Part shown: positions 45,535-55,050 of the stretch, one piece after another
How the letters are laid out: the number at the start of each line of letters is the position of its first letter
How positions within the stretch are numbered: position 1 is the stretch's first letter
From: Candidatus Onstottus frigus
GTDB taxonomy: Bacteria > Acidobacteriota > Blastocatellia > UBA7656
DNA: 64,000 nt
Direction of reading: 5' to 3'
Assembly: GCA_038040445.1 (NCBI GenBank)
Contig: JBBPIG010000014.1
Coordinates: forward strand, 79,210-143,209
Position numbers and translations under genes: made by a program
Notes under the pieces: model-generated
The model's database searches: none
The model's input: only the letters and a program-made list of their open reading frames with translations
What the model was told of the DNA's origin: nothing

Positions 45535-45700
45535 TCACTCCAGCGGAGTGACATGTTTATAGAACGCGAGTTGGTGAGTTATGCCGTAGCTCGTCAGGAG
45601 CGACCTGTTATCTGAGACCGAAAGGCTAAGGTCGCTCCTCCGGAGTTGGGACGAATCGTCTGCGTCGTGTTCATAGAACAGGTCACTCCTCTGGAGTGAC
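45535..45700. repeat. cluster of three hairpins and two near-palindromic TGTT(T/C)ATAGAAC sites in a divergent promoter region
   Basis: tcactcc-agc-ggagtga (45535-51); tgtttatagaacg (45554-66); aggagcgacc...ggtcgctcct (45596-605 with 45630-39); tgttcatagaaca (45668-80); gtcactcc-tct-ggagtgac (45682-700). Confidence 0.6.
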
Positions 45701-45780
45701 CATCCATCAAACTGCCTTGGTGGTATTATGGTCTTTTCACGGGAGAATCTCAGCAGTTTTAGTTCTGTTAGGAGCGACCG

Positions 45781-46590
45781 ATGATTAACACGACGGCTGT
45801 ACTTGTACTGATGTTGGTCCTGTCAGGCTCCCCGATGGCTGGCGACGACCCTGAAGCTGTTGTAAGAGCGTTCGTCGTCGCGGCCTACTCCCACGATGCA
45901 ACACAGTTCAATGCTTTGACCTTCCCGGCCAGCGGCGCCAGCGTGCTCTTAGGCAAGGAGCAGGTCTCCAAAGAGAGGCTCAAGGAGATAGAGACTGCGG
46001 CAAAGGCGCTCCAGCCAAAGCAGCTTCAGCCGTTTCGACAACGAGGCGTTGTCGTCACCCCTGGACCGGGCGGGGCGTATCCGGAGGGGACCACGACTCG
46101 TTATAAGACTTCCTTCGAGACCGACCACACCGTGATAAGCCTGGTGAAGAAGGAAGGCCGCTGGCTTGTTGACGTGCGCTGGTGGCTCAAGCTCAGGGAG
46201 ATGTCGTTGCGGGATGAGAAAACCCGGCCGGACGAGAAAGAGTTAGTCATCAAGAAATTCTTCCTGAATCTCTTGCGTCTGAATCGACGCGCGGTCAGTG
46301 AGAGTCTCGTTCCCGCCGCTGACATCGACATCGCTTTTGAGGGCGCCCCCCGGGTCCCCGAACCGTCTGATGTGCTCCCCTCGCTTGCGATCGAGATGCC
46401 GTTAGTGGAGGCGGAAGCGGACGAAGTCTACCTGCTCTTGTCGGGCAGGCTGGTGAAGAAGAGCGCTACGGGAGATGAAGTCGTGATGGTCGGGCTGTAT
46501 GGTCCATTCGAGATGGTGTTTCAGCTTCGGAGAGTGAAAGGCGAATGGCGCATAGTTCCCGAACCGTATTACCGGATTATCAACCGATAG
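45781..46590 (+). CDS. hypothetical secreted protein (269 aa)
   Basis: aggag SD, N-terminal hydrophobic signal. No family recognised. Confidence 0.55.
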   Translation: MINTTAVLVLMLVLSGSPMAGDDPEAVVRAFVVAAYSHDATQFNALTFPASGASVLLGKEQVSKERLKEIETAAKALQPKQLQPFRQRGVVVTPGPGGAYPEGTTTRYKTSFETDHTVISLVKKEGRWLVDVRWWLKLREMSLRDEKTRPDEKELVIKKFFLNLLRLNRRAVSESLVPAADIDIAFEGAPRVPEPSDVLPSLAIEMPLVEAEADEVYLLLSGRLVKKSATGDEVVMVGLYGPFEMVFQLRRVKGEWRIVPEPYYRIINR

Positions 46591-46891
46591 TCTCGCAAGT
46601 CCCGAGTCCCGACGAAACGCTATTACGCTCAAGAGGCTGGGGATGCGTGATGTGACCATTATCAAAGCGTTCCGAGCCAAAGCCCTGAGGCGAGAACCTT
46701 TCCCAAATATCTTCTGAAGCTCGCTCTCGTTCCAACCTATGCGAACTGCCGGCGATCTCTCGATGCAAGGCAATGCCAACTAGCCGAATAGGATTACAGC
46801 TACACCGCTCTTCCGCGCCGGGCCGACTTCGAGCCGGCCGCGCACGACTTCCAATGCTGGTGATCTTGGACTGCTGCTCGGAAAGTGACAC

Positions 46892-47128
46892 TTACGAATT
46901 TGTCAGTCCGAGTAGGTCTAATTCGGAGGTAAGATCGTGGCTCAGTGTTTCGCCGATCTTACGGGCCACATTCTCTACTTGCTCGCGATTGACGGTCCTC
47001 TCCGGGTCCTCCAAAACGCCCCGGCGAGGAATGTTCAATGTGATTTTTTCGCGTGATGAATCGACCGAGTAGATCACATCAAACCCATCCGGTTTTTCGA
47101 GTATCCGATACTTGCGAACGTGATGCAT
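46892..47128 (-). CDS. hypothetical protein (78 aa), third gene of low-GC operon
   Basis: aggagg SD. The ATG lies 18 nt after the upstream stop. No family recognised. Confidence 0.5.
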   Translation of the reverse strand: MHHVRKYRILEKPDGFDVIYSVDSSREKITLNIPRRGVLEDPERTVNREQVENVARKIGETLSHDLTSELDLLGLTNS

Positions 47129-47146
47129 TGTAGTAAGTCCTCCTGT

Positions 47147-47665
47147 CTAGATTATGAAAAGCACAAAGAGAGCGGCTTGATAGGCTATGCTGATTCCGAG
47201 AAAGGTGAAGGCTAAAACTTGGCAGTCGGCTCCTCTCTTGCCCTTTGACTCCCAACTCGCCTGCGTGTCAGGGTCGAGTTCGGTATACAACTTACGATCA
47301 AAATATGCGCTAAGATTGAGCGCATTTAGGCCAACATCATAGTGCATTGATAGTAGGGAAAAAGCGACTGTAATCAGCGCTGCGACTGCCGCAACGATTA
47401 GACAAACTTTGCGCTCCGGAAAACTTGCGATCTCTGCCAGTCTTCCTATCGCGAAATTCAAGGTGTACGCGATACTTCCTGCCGCCGCAGTTATCAGAAA
47501 GAAAGTAATCTTATGTTTCATCTCGAAGAATTTATCGGCATGTTCTTCGACGTTCAGGTTGTGCTCGAATAACTTGTTTCGCGTGTCCTCAGGCGTTGCC
47601 GCGTCTCCCTCTTTGACCACAATCGGAGGTATGGAATCTATCGTTAACTTGTAATCGGTAGGCAT
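47147..47665 (-). CDS. hypothetical membrane protein (172 aa, about 3 TM)
   Basis: gaggag SD. Soluble N-terminal 50 aa, then TM segments ITFFLITAAAGSIAYTLNFAI, VCLIVAAVAALITVAFSLL and VLAFTFLGISIAYQAALFVLFII. Confidence 0.55.
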   Translation of the reverse strand: MPTDYKLTIDSIPPIVVKEGDAATPEDTRNKLFEHNLNVEEHADKFFEMKHKITFFLITAAAGSIAYTLNFAIGRLAEIASFPERKVCLIVAAVAALITVAFSLLSMHYDVGLNALNLSAYFDRKLYTELDPDTQASWESKGKRGADCQVLAFTFLGISIAYQAALFVLFII

Positions 47666-47678
47666 GATGTGGTTCTCC

Positions 47679-48419
47679 TCATTCCGGGCAATCGGTTCTT
47701 ACTACATTCAAGCATAGAAAAGCATTATGCTGCGTTTCTAAAACAGGAATACACTCTCGATTATCGATGGTTCGGTTAGCGAGAACGGTAGTGATAAAGC
47801 TATGTGGCTGAATCACGAGGTCGTCCCGTAGCCTCAAGGGCGCATCTTCGGTAAAGATCAGTACCTTCTCCTTGTCAAAGCTGGCGCGTATTCTAGTGCA
47901 TTGATGGTCAACTGTAGAGTCAGTCGTTGCCACCACGGTTTTACCATCCAAATGTAGTGGGCTCTTGGCGGCAATCCAGAAAATTAGTGCGAGTCCAACG
48001 ACCCCAAGGGCTACAAGCCCAATGGCCAAATGGACTCTCGGAGGCATACTGATTTTAGGCGGACTGATGATAAGCGCTGCCTTTTGTGGGCTACCCAGCT
48101 CGCATTTGCCCACTGGCGCGGCGTTGCTCAGCTCGAGGATGGCGACCTTGTTTTCCCGGGACCTGACTCTATGGAGGATTGAGACGTCGAATGTCTTAGT
48201 GGTCTCGAGAGCAGCGAAGCTCAGCGTTCCTGTTGGCAGCGGGGCGTAATCAGTTCCCGCGACTGCTGTCTGATCAGTTATCGTGTAGTCCGCTGTTACG
48301 GCCTCAGTCAGGTTTTCTAATCGATTTACAGCAACGGTTACCGTGCTGGCTGCCTTGGTGCTGTAGCGGACGCAATAGTCAGGTGAGCTGAACGCTATTT
48401 TGGAAGGAGTTGAAGTCAC
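47679..48419 (-). CDS. Calx-beta domain protein with central TM helix and Cys-containing C-terminal domain
   Basis: GTG start with gaggga SD. VTVAVNRLENLTEAVTADYTITDQTAVAGTDYAPLPTGTLSFAALETTKTFDVSIL fits the Calx-beta motif. TM VHLAIGLVALGVVGLALIFWIAA. No N-terminal signal peptide. Confidence 0.65.
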   Translation of the reverse strand: MTSTPSKIAFSSPDYCVRYSTKAASTVTVAVNRLENLTEAVTADYTITDQTAVAGTDYAPLPTGTLSFAALETTKTFDVSILHRVRSRENKVAILELSNAAPVGKCELGSPQKAALIISPPKISMPPRVHLAIGLVALGVVGLALIFWIAAKSPLHLDGKTVVATTDSTVDHQCTRIRASFDKEKVLIFTEDAPLRLRDDLVIQPHSFITTVLANRTIDNRECIPVLETQHNAFLCLNVVRTDCPE

Positions 48420-48909
48420 TGATTCCCTCTAAATGACGAGCAAGCGCCACGGAGACAGCTGGTTGCGGTTGCAAGTCCGCCAAGCCATTCTAGCGAATCC
48501 TATTAGTGTCAAGAATCTGACAGGCAACTAGCTTTGCACAAAGGCAGCTAATCTTGAAGTTCCTCTTCCTGTCTAGAAACGCTTTTTGTAGAGCGCAACG
48601 ACCCAAAGAGCGTCGATCGAAGAGTACAGATGGAGCTCAACTCATGTCAATGAATTCAACATCACGAATTGCTTACCCGCTTTGGGTCAGCGCAAGGTGA
48701 CATACCTCGGTCGGGCGGCGCATTGAGCGAGCATTCACGCGAATGAACTTCGCCGCGTGATAACGGGTGACAACCAGCCAACAGGCTTTCGCGTCAGGTG
48801 TGAAGGTCTGCTTATGACGATCGTGAATCTTTTGAATTTTACATCTCGACCCCTCCTTGTTATTGTCACCTTCTAATAATTGCGTTGGGAATATCTCAAG
48901 GATCTTTCG

Positions 48910-49584
48910 ATGAACCTGCTTGCTCGCGCTTACCGTTCTTCACTCGGCAAAAAATACATCATGGCGATCACCGGGTTCCTTCTGTTCTTATTCGTGATCG
49001 TTCACATGCTAGGCAATCTTCAGGTCTATCTTGGGCCCGAGCCGATGAATGCTTACGCGGCGCTGCTCAAGTCTAAGCCGGCGCTGCTGTGGACCGCGCG
49101 CGTGGGACTGTTCATCACCGGTGTGCTGCATATCTGGTCGGCCCTTCAGCTCGCCGCCGAGAATCGAGCTGCGCGGCCCGAGCCCTATGACGAAGGCAAG
49201 CCCATCGCGACTCTTGCATCTCGTACGATACTGGTCAGTGGTTTGATTATCTTCGCCTTCATCATCTATCACCTCATGCATTTCACGCTGGGAGTCACGA
49301 ATCCCGATTTCATGGAGCTGCACGATCCGTTGGGACAGCATGATGTCTACCGGATGACGGTCGAGGGCTTCCGCAATCCATGGGTTTCCGCTTTCTACAT
49401 CATTTCGATGGGCCTGCTCTTTTTGCACCTTAGCCACGGTGTATCGAGCCTGTTCCAGTCGCTGGGAATCAGACGCAAGGCGACGGTCGCCGCGTTCAAT
49501 CGCTTCGCACGGATTTCGGCGATCGTGATTTTCATCGGCAATTGTTCGATTCCCATATCGATTCTCGCGGGAGTCGTGAAGTAA
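48910..49584 (+). CDS. sdhC: succinate dehydrogenase/fumarate reductase cytochrome b subunit (b558 type)
   Basis: Start at ATG 48910. [31 protein letters not shown], five TM helices. Upstream of sdhA. Confidence 0.85.
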   Translation: MNLLARAYRSSLGKKYIMAITGFLLFLFVIVHMLGNLQVYLGPEPMNAYAALLKSKPALLWTARVGLFITGVLHIWSALQLAAENRAARPEPYDEGKPIATLASRTILVSGLIIFAFIIYHLMHFTLGVTNPDFMELHDPLGQHDVYRMTVEGFRNPWVSAFYIISMGLLFLHLSHGVSSLFQSLGIRRKATVAAFNRFARISAIVIFIGNCSIPISILAGVVK

Positions 49585-49667
49585 GAGATGGGTTAACCGC
49601 AGAAGACCGGGAGACTAACCGCAGAGGACGCGGAGGAGCGCAGAGATACTTCTGAAAAACAATCACT

Positions 49668-51581
49668 ATGAAACTCGATGCCAAAATACCTTCGGGGCCG
49701 CTCGCTCAGAAGTGGAGCAAGCATCGCCACGACATCAAGCTGATCAACCCGGCCAACAAGCGGAAGTTTGATGTGATCGTGGTTGGCTCGGGGCTTGCGG
49801 GCGGGTCTGCCGCGGCGACGCTGTCGGAACTGGGCTATAAGGTGGAATGCTTTTGCTTTCAGGACAGCCCTCGGCGCGCACACTCGATCGCGGCGCAGGG
49901 CGGTATCAACGCCGCGAAGAATTATCAGAACGACGGCGATAGCGTCTACCGCTTGTTCTACGACACGATCAAGGGCGGTGACTTTCGCTCGCGTGAAGCT
50001 AACGTCTACCGGCTGGCCGAGGTCAGCGTCAACATCATCGACCAGTGCGTAGCGCAAGGAGTTCCGTTTGCGCGCGAGTACTCCGGCTACCTCGCGAACC
50101 GGTCATTTGGTGGAGCTCAGGTTTCGCGTACTTTTTACGCGCGGGGTCAGACGGGCCAGCAGTTGTTGCTTGGCGCTTATCAAGCGCTCGCAAAGCAGAT
50201 CGAGGCCGGCGGAGTGAAGATGTATCCGCGCACCGAGATGCTCGACCTGGTGCTGATCAACGGACAGGCGAAAGGAATCGTGGTCCGCGATCTGGTGACC
50301 GGCGAGATCAGCTCGCACGCGGCGGATGCGGTGGTGCTGGCGACCGGCGGCTACGGCAACGTGTTCTTTCTTTCAACCAACGCCAAGGGCTGCAACGTGA
50401 CCGCGATCTGGCGCGCCTACAAACGGGGCGCGCTGATGGCCAATCCTTGTTTCACCCAGATTCATCCAACCTGCATTCCGGTAACCGGCGAACATCAATC
50501 GAAGCTGACACTAATGTCGGAGTCCCTGCGGAACGATGGCCGCGTGTGGGTGCCGAAGACAAAGGGTGATAACCGCCCGCCTAACGAGATCCCGAAGGAA
50601 GAGCGCGACTACTTCCTCGAGCGCAAGTATCCAGCTTACGGGAATCTCGCGCCGCGCGACATATCATCCAGAGCCGCTAAAGAAGTCTGCGACGAAGGCA
50701 GAGGAGTGGGGCCGGGCGGCCGAGGTGTGTACCTCGACTTTGCCGACGCGATCGAGCGGCTTGGCCTGAACGTGATTCGCGAGCGCTACGGCAATCTGTT
50801 CGAGATGTACGAACGCATAACCGGCGAAGACGCTTACAAGATTCCGATGCGGATCTATCCCGCGAGCCACTACACGATGGGCGGGTTATGGGTCGATTAC
50901 AACTTGATGAGCAACATCCCCGGCCTTTACGTGATTGGCGAAGCGAACTTCTCAGACCACGGCGCGAATCGGCTCGGGGCAAGCGCGTTGATGCAAGGGC
51001 TGGCCGACGGCTACTTCATTTTGCCCTACACAATCGGCGACTACTTTGCGGCTGAACGGCCGGCCAAACCATCAGTCGATGATCCCGAATTCAAAAAGGT
51101 CGAATCGGAGGTTGCCGAGCGCACGAAGAAGTTGCTGTCCATTAGGGGCCGCCGAACGGTTACAGAGTTTCATCGAGAGCTCGGAAAGCTGATGTGGGAC
51201 AAATGCGGGATGGCTCGCAACGAAGCGGGATTGAAAGAGGCTTTAGATACGATTCCGGCGATGAGGCGGGAGTTCTGGGAAGACTTGAACGTGCTTGGCG
51301 ATGGAAATGAGTTGAACCAGTCGCTCGAGTACGCCGGCCGGGTTGCCGACTTCATGGAGTTCGCTGAGTTGGTTGTCTATGACGCGTTGACCCGTGACGA
51401 ATCGTCCGGCGCTCACTTTCGCGAGGAGCACCAGACACCGGACGGCGAAGCTAGACGTGACGATGAAAGGTTCTCTTACGTCTCGGCGTGGGAGTATCAA
51501 GGCGTGGACCAGCGGCCAATCTTACATAAGGAACCATTGGTTTACGAAGAAGTTCATCTGGCGCAAAGGAGCTACAAGTAG
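49668..51581 (+). CDS. sdhA: succinate dehydrogenase/fumarate reductase flavoprotein subunit
   Basis: [19 protein letters not shown] motif, [12 protein letters not shown], full-length 637 aa. Confidence 0.95.
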   Translation: MKLDAKIPSGPLAQKWSKHRHDIKLINPANKRKFDVIVVGSGLAGGSAAATLSELGYKVECFCFQDSPRRAHSIAAQGGINAAKNYQNDGDSVYRLFYDTIKGGDFRSREANVYRLAEVSVNIIDQCVAQGVPFAREYSGYLANRSFGGAQVSRTFYARGQTGQQLLLGAYQALAKQIEAGGVKMYPRTEMLDLVLINGQAKGIVVRDLVTGEISSHAADAVVLATGGYGNVFFLSTNAKGCNVTAIWRAYKRGALMANPCFTQIHPTCIPVTGEHQSKLTLMSESLRNDGRVWVPKTKGDNRPPNEIPKEERDYFLERKYPAYGNLAPRDISSRAAKEVCDEGRGVGPGGRGVYLDFADAIERLGLNVIRERYGNLFEMYERITGEDAYKIPMRIYPASHYTMGGLWVDYNLMSNIPGLYVIGEANFSDHGANRLGASALMQGLADGYFILPYTIGDYFAAERPAKPSVDDPEFKKVESEVAERTKKLLSIRGRRTVTEFHRELGKLMWDKCGMARNEAGLKEALDTIPAMRREFWEDLNVLGDGNELNQSLEYAGRVADFMEFAELVVYDALTRDESSGAHFREEHQTPDGEARRDDERFSYVSAWEYQGVDQRPILHKEPLVYEEVHLAQRSYK

Positions 51582-51776
51582 TCTGGCAAATACCCCCGGA
51601 CGCAGTCGGGGGATTGTTCATACCCGGCCTACTGAAGCGCCGGACTGACGGTTCTCTTGAGAGGCGAGAGGAGGGGGCCGCCCTTCCTGGTAGGTTGAGT
51701 ATGAACAGACCACCAATTGCGTTGGTGGAATTTCGCCGGAAGTTCCTGGATTCTCGAGAAGGAGTTACGCGTAAGA

Positions 51777-52523
51777 ATGAATCTGACGTTGCGTGTGTGG
51801 AGACAAAAGAACTCGACGTCGCAAGGCACGTTTATCGAGTACGAGGCTGATGACATCTCGCCCGACACGTCTTTTCTCGAGATGCTCGACATCGTCAACG
51901 AAGGGCTGATCAAACGCGGCGAAGACCCGGTTGCATTTGATCACGATTGCCGCGAGGGCATCTGCGGAACTTGCGGAATGGTCATCAACGGAATCGCTCA
52001 CGGACCGCTGGGCGCTACTACGACCTGCCAGTTGCACATGCGTCACTTCAAAGATGGTCAGCTAATCACGATCGAGCCGTGGCGCGCGCGGCCCTTTCCA
52101 GTCATCAAGGACCTGGTCGTAGACCGCAGCGCTTTTGATCGGGTCATTCAAGCGGGAGGATACATCTCCGCGCGAACCGGTGGCACCCCCGACGGCAACA
52201 CGATCCAGATATCAAAGCCCGACGCTGATCTTGCGATGGACGCGGCCGCTTGCATCGGATGCGGCGCGTGCGTGGCCGCATGCAAGAACGCTTCGGCGAT
52301 GCTGTTCGTCGCGGCGAAGGTCTCTCATCTGAACATTCTTCCGCAGGGCAAGCCGGAGAAGGACCGTCGCGTGGTGAACATGGTGAGGGCGATGGATGAG
52401 GAAGGCTTCGGCAACTGTACGGTGATGGGTTCGTGTGAAGCCGTGTGCCCGAAAGAGATCAGCCTGGATTTCATCTCGCGCATGAACCGGGACTATCTCG
52501 GGGCCCTGTGGCGAAGCAGGTAG
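51777..52523 (+). CDS. sdhB: succinate dehydrogenase/fumarate reductase iron-sulfur subunit
   Basis: Start at ATG 51777. [26 protein letters not shown] and CPKEI clusters. Confidence 0.9.
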   Translation: MNLTLRVWRQKNSTSQGTFIEYEADDISPDTSFLEMLDIVNEGLIKRGEDPVAFDHDCREGICGTCGMVINGIAHGPLGATTTCQLHMRHFKDGQLITIEPWRARPFPVIKDLVVDRSAFDRVIQAGGYISARTGGTPDGNTIQISKPDADLAMDAAACIGCGACVAACKNASAMLFVAAKVSHLNILPQGKPEKDRRVVNMVRAMDEEGFGNCTVMGSCEAVCPKEISLDFISRMNRDYLGALWRSR

Positions 52524-52704
52524 TTAGGCCGGCAGATATTCTGGCGGCTGTGCGCCGGGCGCGTTAGAATGGCGCAAAGTTAGTCCAGCTATCAGCCCCG
52601 TGATTGGGGCAACGTCTCGCTCCCGTCCGGCATCACCCCAACGCTGAGCCGCACCGCGGCGGCTCACTTACACGAACCGCTCAACAAACTCCGGAGGAAA
52701 GTAA

Positions 52705-53079
52705 ATGCGAAAGAAACTAGGCAGTCTCTTGCTGATGCTCTCCCTCTTCGGGCTGGCGATGCCGGTGGCGGCGCTGGCCCAGAACAGAGATGACTACAGA
52801 GGAATAATAAGGCGCGACAGGAATGGAGTCCGCATAGGCGATAGCCGAATCGTCCTGTTCGATGGTCCGGGCATTCTGAACTACCATCAGAAGCACAGGT
52901 GGATGGAGGGCCCAGGCGGAGCCGCTACGGTCATCGGGATCGGCGCCGGCGCCGGGGCTGCAACAGGCGGCGTGGTCAAAGGCAAGAAGGGCGCGGTCAT
53001 CGGGGCCGCTATCGGCGCGGGCGCTGCTACGGGTCTCTGGCTGTACAAGAATCGAACCGAGAAACGCCGAATCTTCTGA
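52705..53079 (+). CDS. small secreted glycine-zipper protein
   Basis: ggagg SD, signal peptide, GIGAGAGAATGGVVKGKKGAVIGAAIGAGAATG. Confidence 0.6.
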   Translation: MRKKLGSLLLMLSLFGLAMPVAALAQNRDDYRGIIRRDRNGVRIGDSRIVLFDGPGILNYHQKHRWMEGPGGAATVIGIGAGAGAATGGVVKGKKGAVIGAAIGAGAATGLWLYKNRTEKRRIF

Positions 53080-53166
53080 AGGATCTCACCTTAACGCTTT
53101 GTTTGATCGAAGCCGGCATCCCTTGTCCGAACAGATCAAACAACATGGATCCATGTGGCTGAATTG

Positions 53167-53209
53167 AAGGGGCTGACCATATTGCCACAGGTCAGCCCCT
53201 TTTCTTCTT
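53167..53209 (+). terminator. rho-independent terminator
   Basis: aaggggctgacc-(11 nt)-ggtcagcccctt, a 12-bp stem followed by ttcttctt. Confidence 0.7.
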
Positions 53210-53356
53210 GACCGCCTCTCGCGCTACCTCTTGAGTTTAGAAAAGTTTGGCGATAGCCAACCTCGCCCGCCCGACTGCCAAACCGTGGCGCGCCTGTTGC
53301 TGCATCAACCTTGAAAGCCGGAAGCACGAACCTTTAATCAACTAGGAGGAATAAGG

Positions 53357-53698
53357 ATGAAACGCATATTGACGAGTGCAGCTCTGTGCTTAGCACTTGC
53401 TTTGAGCCTCGCGGCGCCAGCCTCGCTGGCTTCGCAGAACAAGAACAGCGGCAAGAAAGCCGCCGCAATGAAGACGATGTCGCCACGCGCCGAAGCGCTG
53501 AAAAAGTGCAACGACGACTACGCGGCTGCGGTCAAGAAAGCGAATGACGACCACGCCGCGGCGCTCAAGGATGCCAGGGGCAAGAAGGGCAAGGAGCGCG
53601 CCGAGGCGATGAAAGCCGCAAACAAGACCAAGACTGATGCCTGGGCTGCAGCCAAGACGGCTAAAGGAGTCTGCGTCAAAGCAGCTCCGAAGAAGTAG
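53357..53698 (+). CDS. small secreted Lys/Ala-rich protein
   Basis: aggagg SD, signal peptide, helical KKANDDHAAALKDARGKKGKERAEAMKAANK, two Cys. Confidence 0.5.
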   Translation: MKRILTSAALCLALALSLAAPASLASQNKNSGKKAAAMKTMSPRAEALKKCNDDYAAAVKKANDDHAAALKDARGKKGKERAEAMKAANKTKTDAWAAAKTAKGVCVKAAPKK

Positions 53699-53813
53699 GC
53701 ACTCCTGGGAACGCGCGCATTCTGCCGTGCATGATTCCTGATCGAATCTCTCAAAGCTCGACGACTGGCTCTGCCGGTCGCCGGGCTTATTGTTTTCAGA
53801 AAGGAAACCAACG

Positions 53814-54044
53814 ATGAAACAAATTATTTGCGGCGGGGTGCTAAGTATCTTCCTCGCCGTTGCACTCACACCCGCCGCTGCGTTAGGCGACAGAAGCCAG
53901 CATCACGCTGCTATGAAGCTGTGCAAACAGAACTACAAGAACGCCATTCGAGGGGCCAAGTATCTGAAGAGCCGGCAGCGAAGAGCCAGGATCGAACAGG
54001 CGCGACGGGAACGAGAAGACTGCGAGAGGCTTGCTCCGAAATAG
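53814..54044 (+). CDS. small secreted basic protein (76 aa)
   Basis: Start at ATG 53814, signal peptide, two Cys (CKQNYKNAIRG...EDCERL). Loosely similar in design to the 53357..53698 product. Confidence 0.45.
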   Translation: MKQIICGGVLSIFLAVALTPAAALGDRSQHHAAMKLCKQNYKNAIRGAKYLKSRQRRARIEQARREREDCERLAPK

Positions 54045-54053
54045 CTCGTCTGG

Positions 54054-54992
54054 CTACCCCGCGATGATAGCCCGATACACTTCCGGGTCAACGTTGCCGC
54101 CGCTGATAACGCAGCACACGCGGCTCTCGCGAAAAAGGTCCGTCCCGGTCAGCAACGCGCCAATCGGCAACGCCCCAGTCGGCTCCGCTTTCAGATTCGC
54201 AAGCCCAAATAGCAGCCGCAAGCCTTCCTTGATGTTCTCTTCGGGAACCTCGACTATCGCGGACAACCCTTCTTTCAGCACAGCCCAGTTATGCCCGCCC
54301 ACGCTCACAGTGCGCGCGCCGTCGGCGATAGTTTGAGGTTCGGTCTCGTTAACGACTATGTGACCCGCGCGAAGCGAGCGGGCCGCGTCATTAGCCATCA
54401 GCGGCTCCGCGCCTGCCACCCTAGCGCTGCTGCCTGCGGCGCGAAGCCCGGTGATTATTCCCGACGTGAGCCCTCCGCCTCCGACTGGAGCAATGACGAA
54501 ATCAAACTCGCGATCGAGCGCTGCAAGCTCGGCTCCGAGGCTCGCGTTGCCTTCGATCACCAGCCGGTCGTCGTAAGCGCTCGCGACGTAGGCATCTGGA
54601 TTGTCGCCGGCAAGTTCGGCCACTCGACCCGCGCGGCTCTTCTCTCTGACGTCGATCAGGTCAACTAGGCCGCCGTATTCGCGCACTGCATCGATCTTCA
54701 CTTGAGCCGAGGTCGACGGCATCACGATGGTGCAAGACTTGCCCAGAAGCGAACAGGCATACGCCATGGCTTGTCCGAAGTTGCCAGATGAAGCGGTGAT
54801 GATCTTGCGCTCAGGAACTTTGGAAGCGAGGTTGTAAGCCGCCCGAAACTTGAAGCTGCCCGTGAACTGAAAGGTCTCGGTCGCAATCGTCAAGTCAACG
54901 CCCAGCCGCTTGGATAAGCGCGGCGCTTCGATGATTGTGGTTGGGCGAACAACGTCCTTGAGCCGACTGCTGGAGTTGTCAGACTCGTTCAT
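54054..54992 (-). CDS. PLP-dependent threonine/serine dehydratase family enzyme
   Basis: FQFTGSFKFRAAYN (PLP lysine motif) and GGGGLTSG glycine loop. 312 aa. Confidence 0.85.
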   Translation of the reverse strand: MNESDNSSSRLKDVVRPTTIIEAPRLSKRLGVDLTIATETFQFTGSFKFRAAYNLASKVPERKIITASSGNFGQAMAYACSLLGKSCTIVMPSTSAQVKIDAVREYGGLVDLIDVREKSRAGRVAELAGDNPDAYVASAYDDRLVIEGNASLGAELAALDREFDFVIAPVGGGGLTSGIITGLRAAGSSARVAGAEPLMANDAARSLRAGHIVVNETEPQTIADGARTVSVGGHNWAVLKEGLSAIVEVPEENIKEGLRLLFGLANLKAEPTGALPIGALLTGTDLFRESRVCCVISGGNVDPEVYRAIIAG

Positions 54993-55050
54993 ACGTACAG
55001 ACTATCAAGCAAGCGGCTCGAGGTGACAAGTAGAGGAGGAACGCGCCGAG

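Noticed and set aside
46402-46891. 125-aa and 103-aa minus-strand ORFs downstream of the low-GC operon, one with a faint QueG-like C-terminal string (FGKGSRLRALARNALI)
   Set aside because: They have no SD, use alternative starts, overlap the 45781..46590 gene and are Arg-rich. At most they are a gene remnant, and the similarity is too weak to call without a search.
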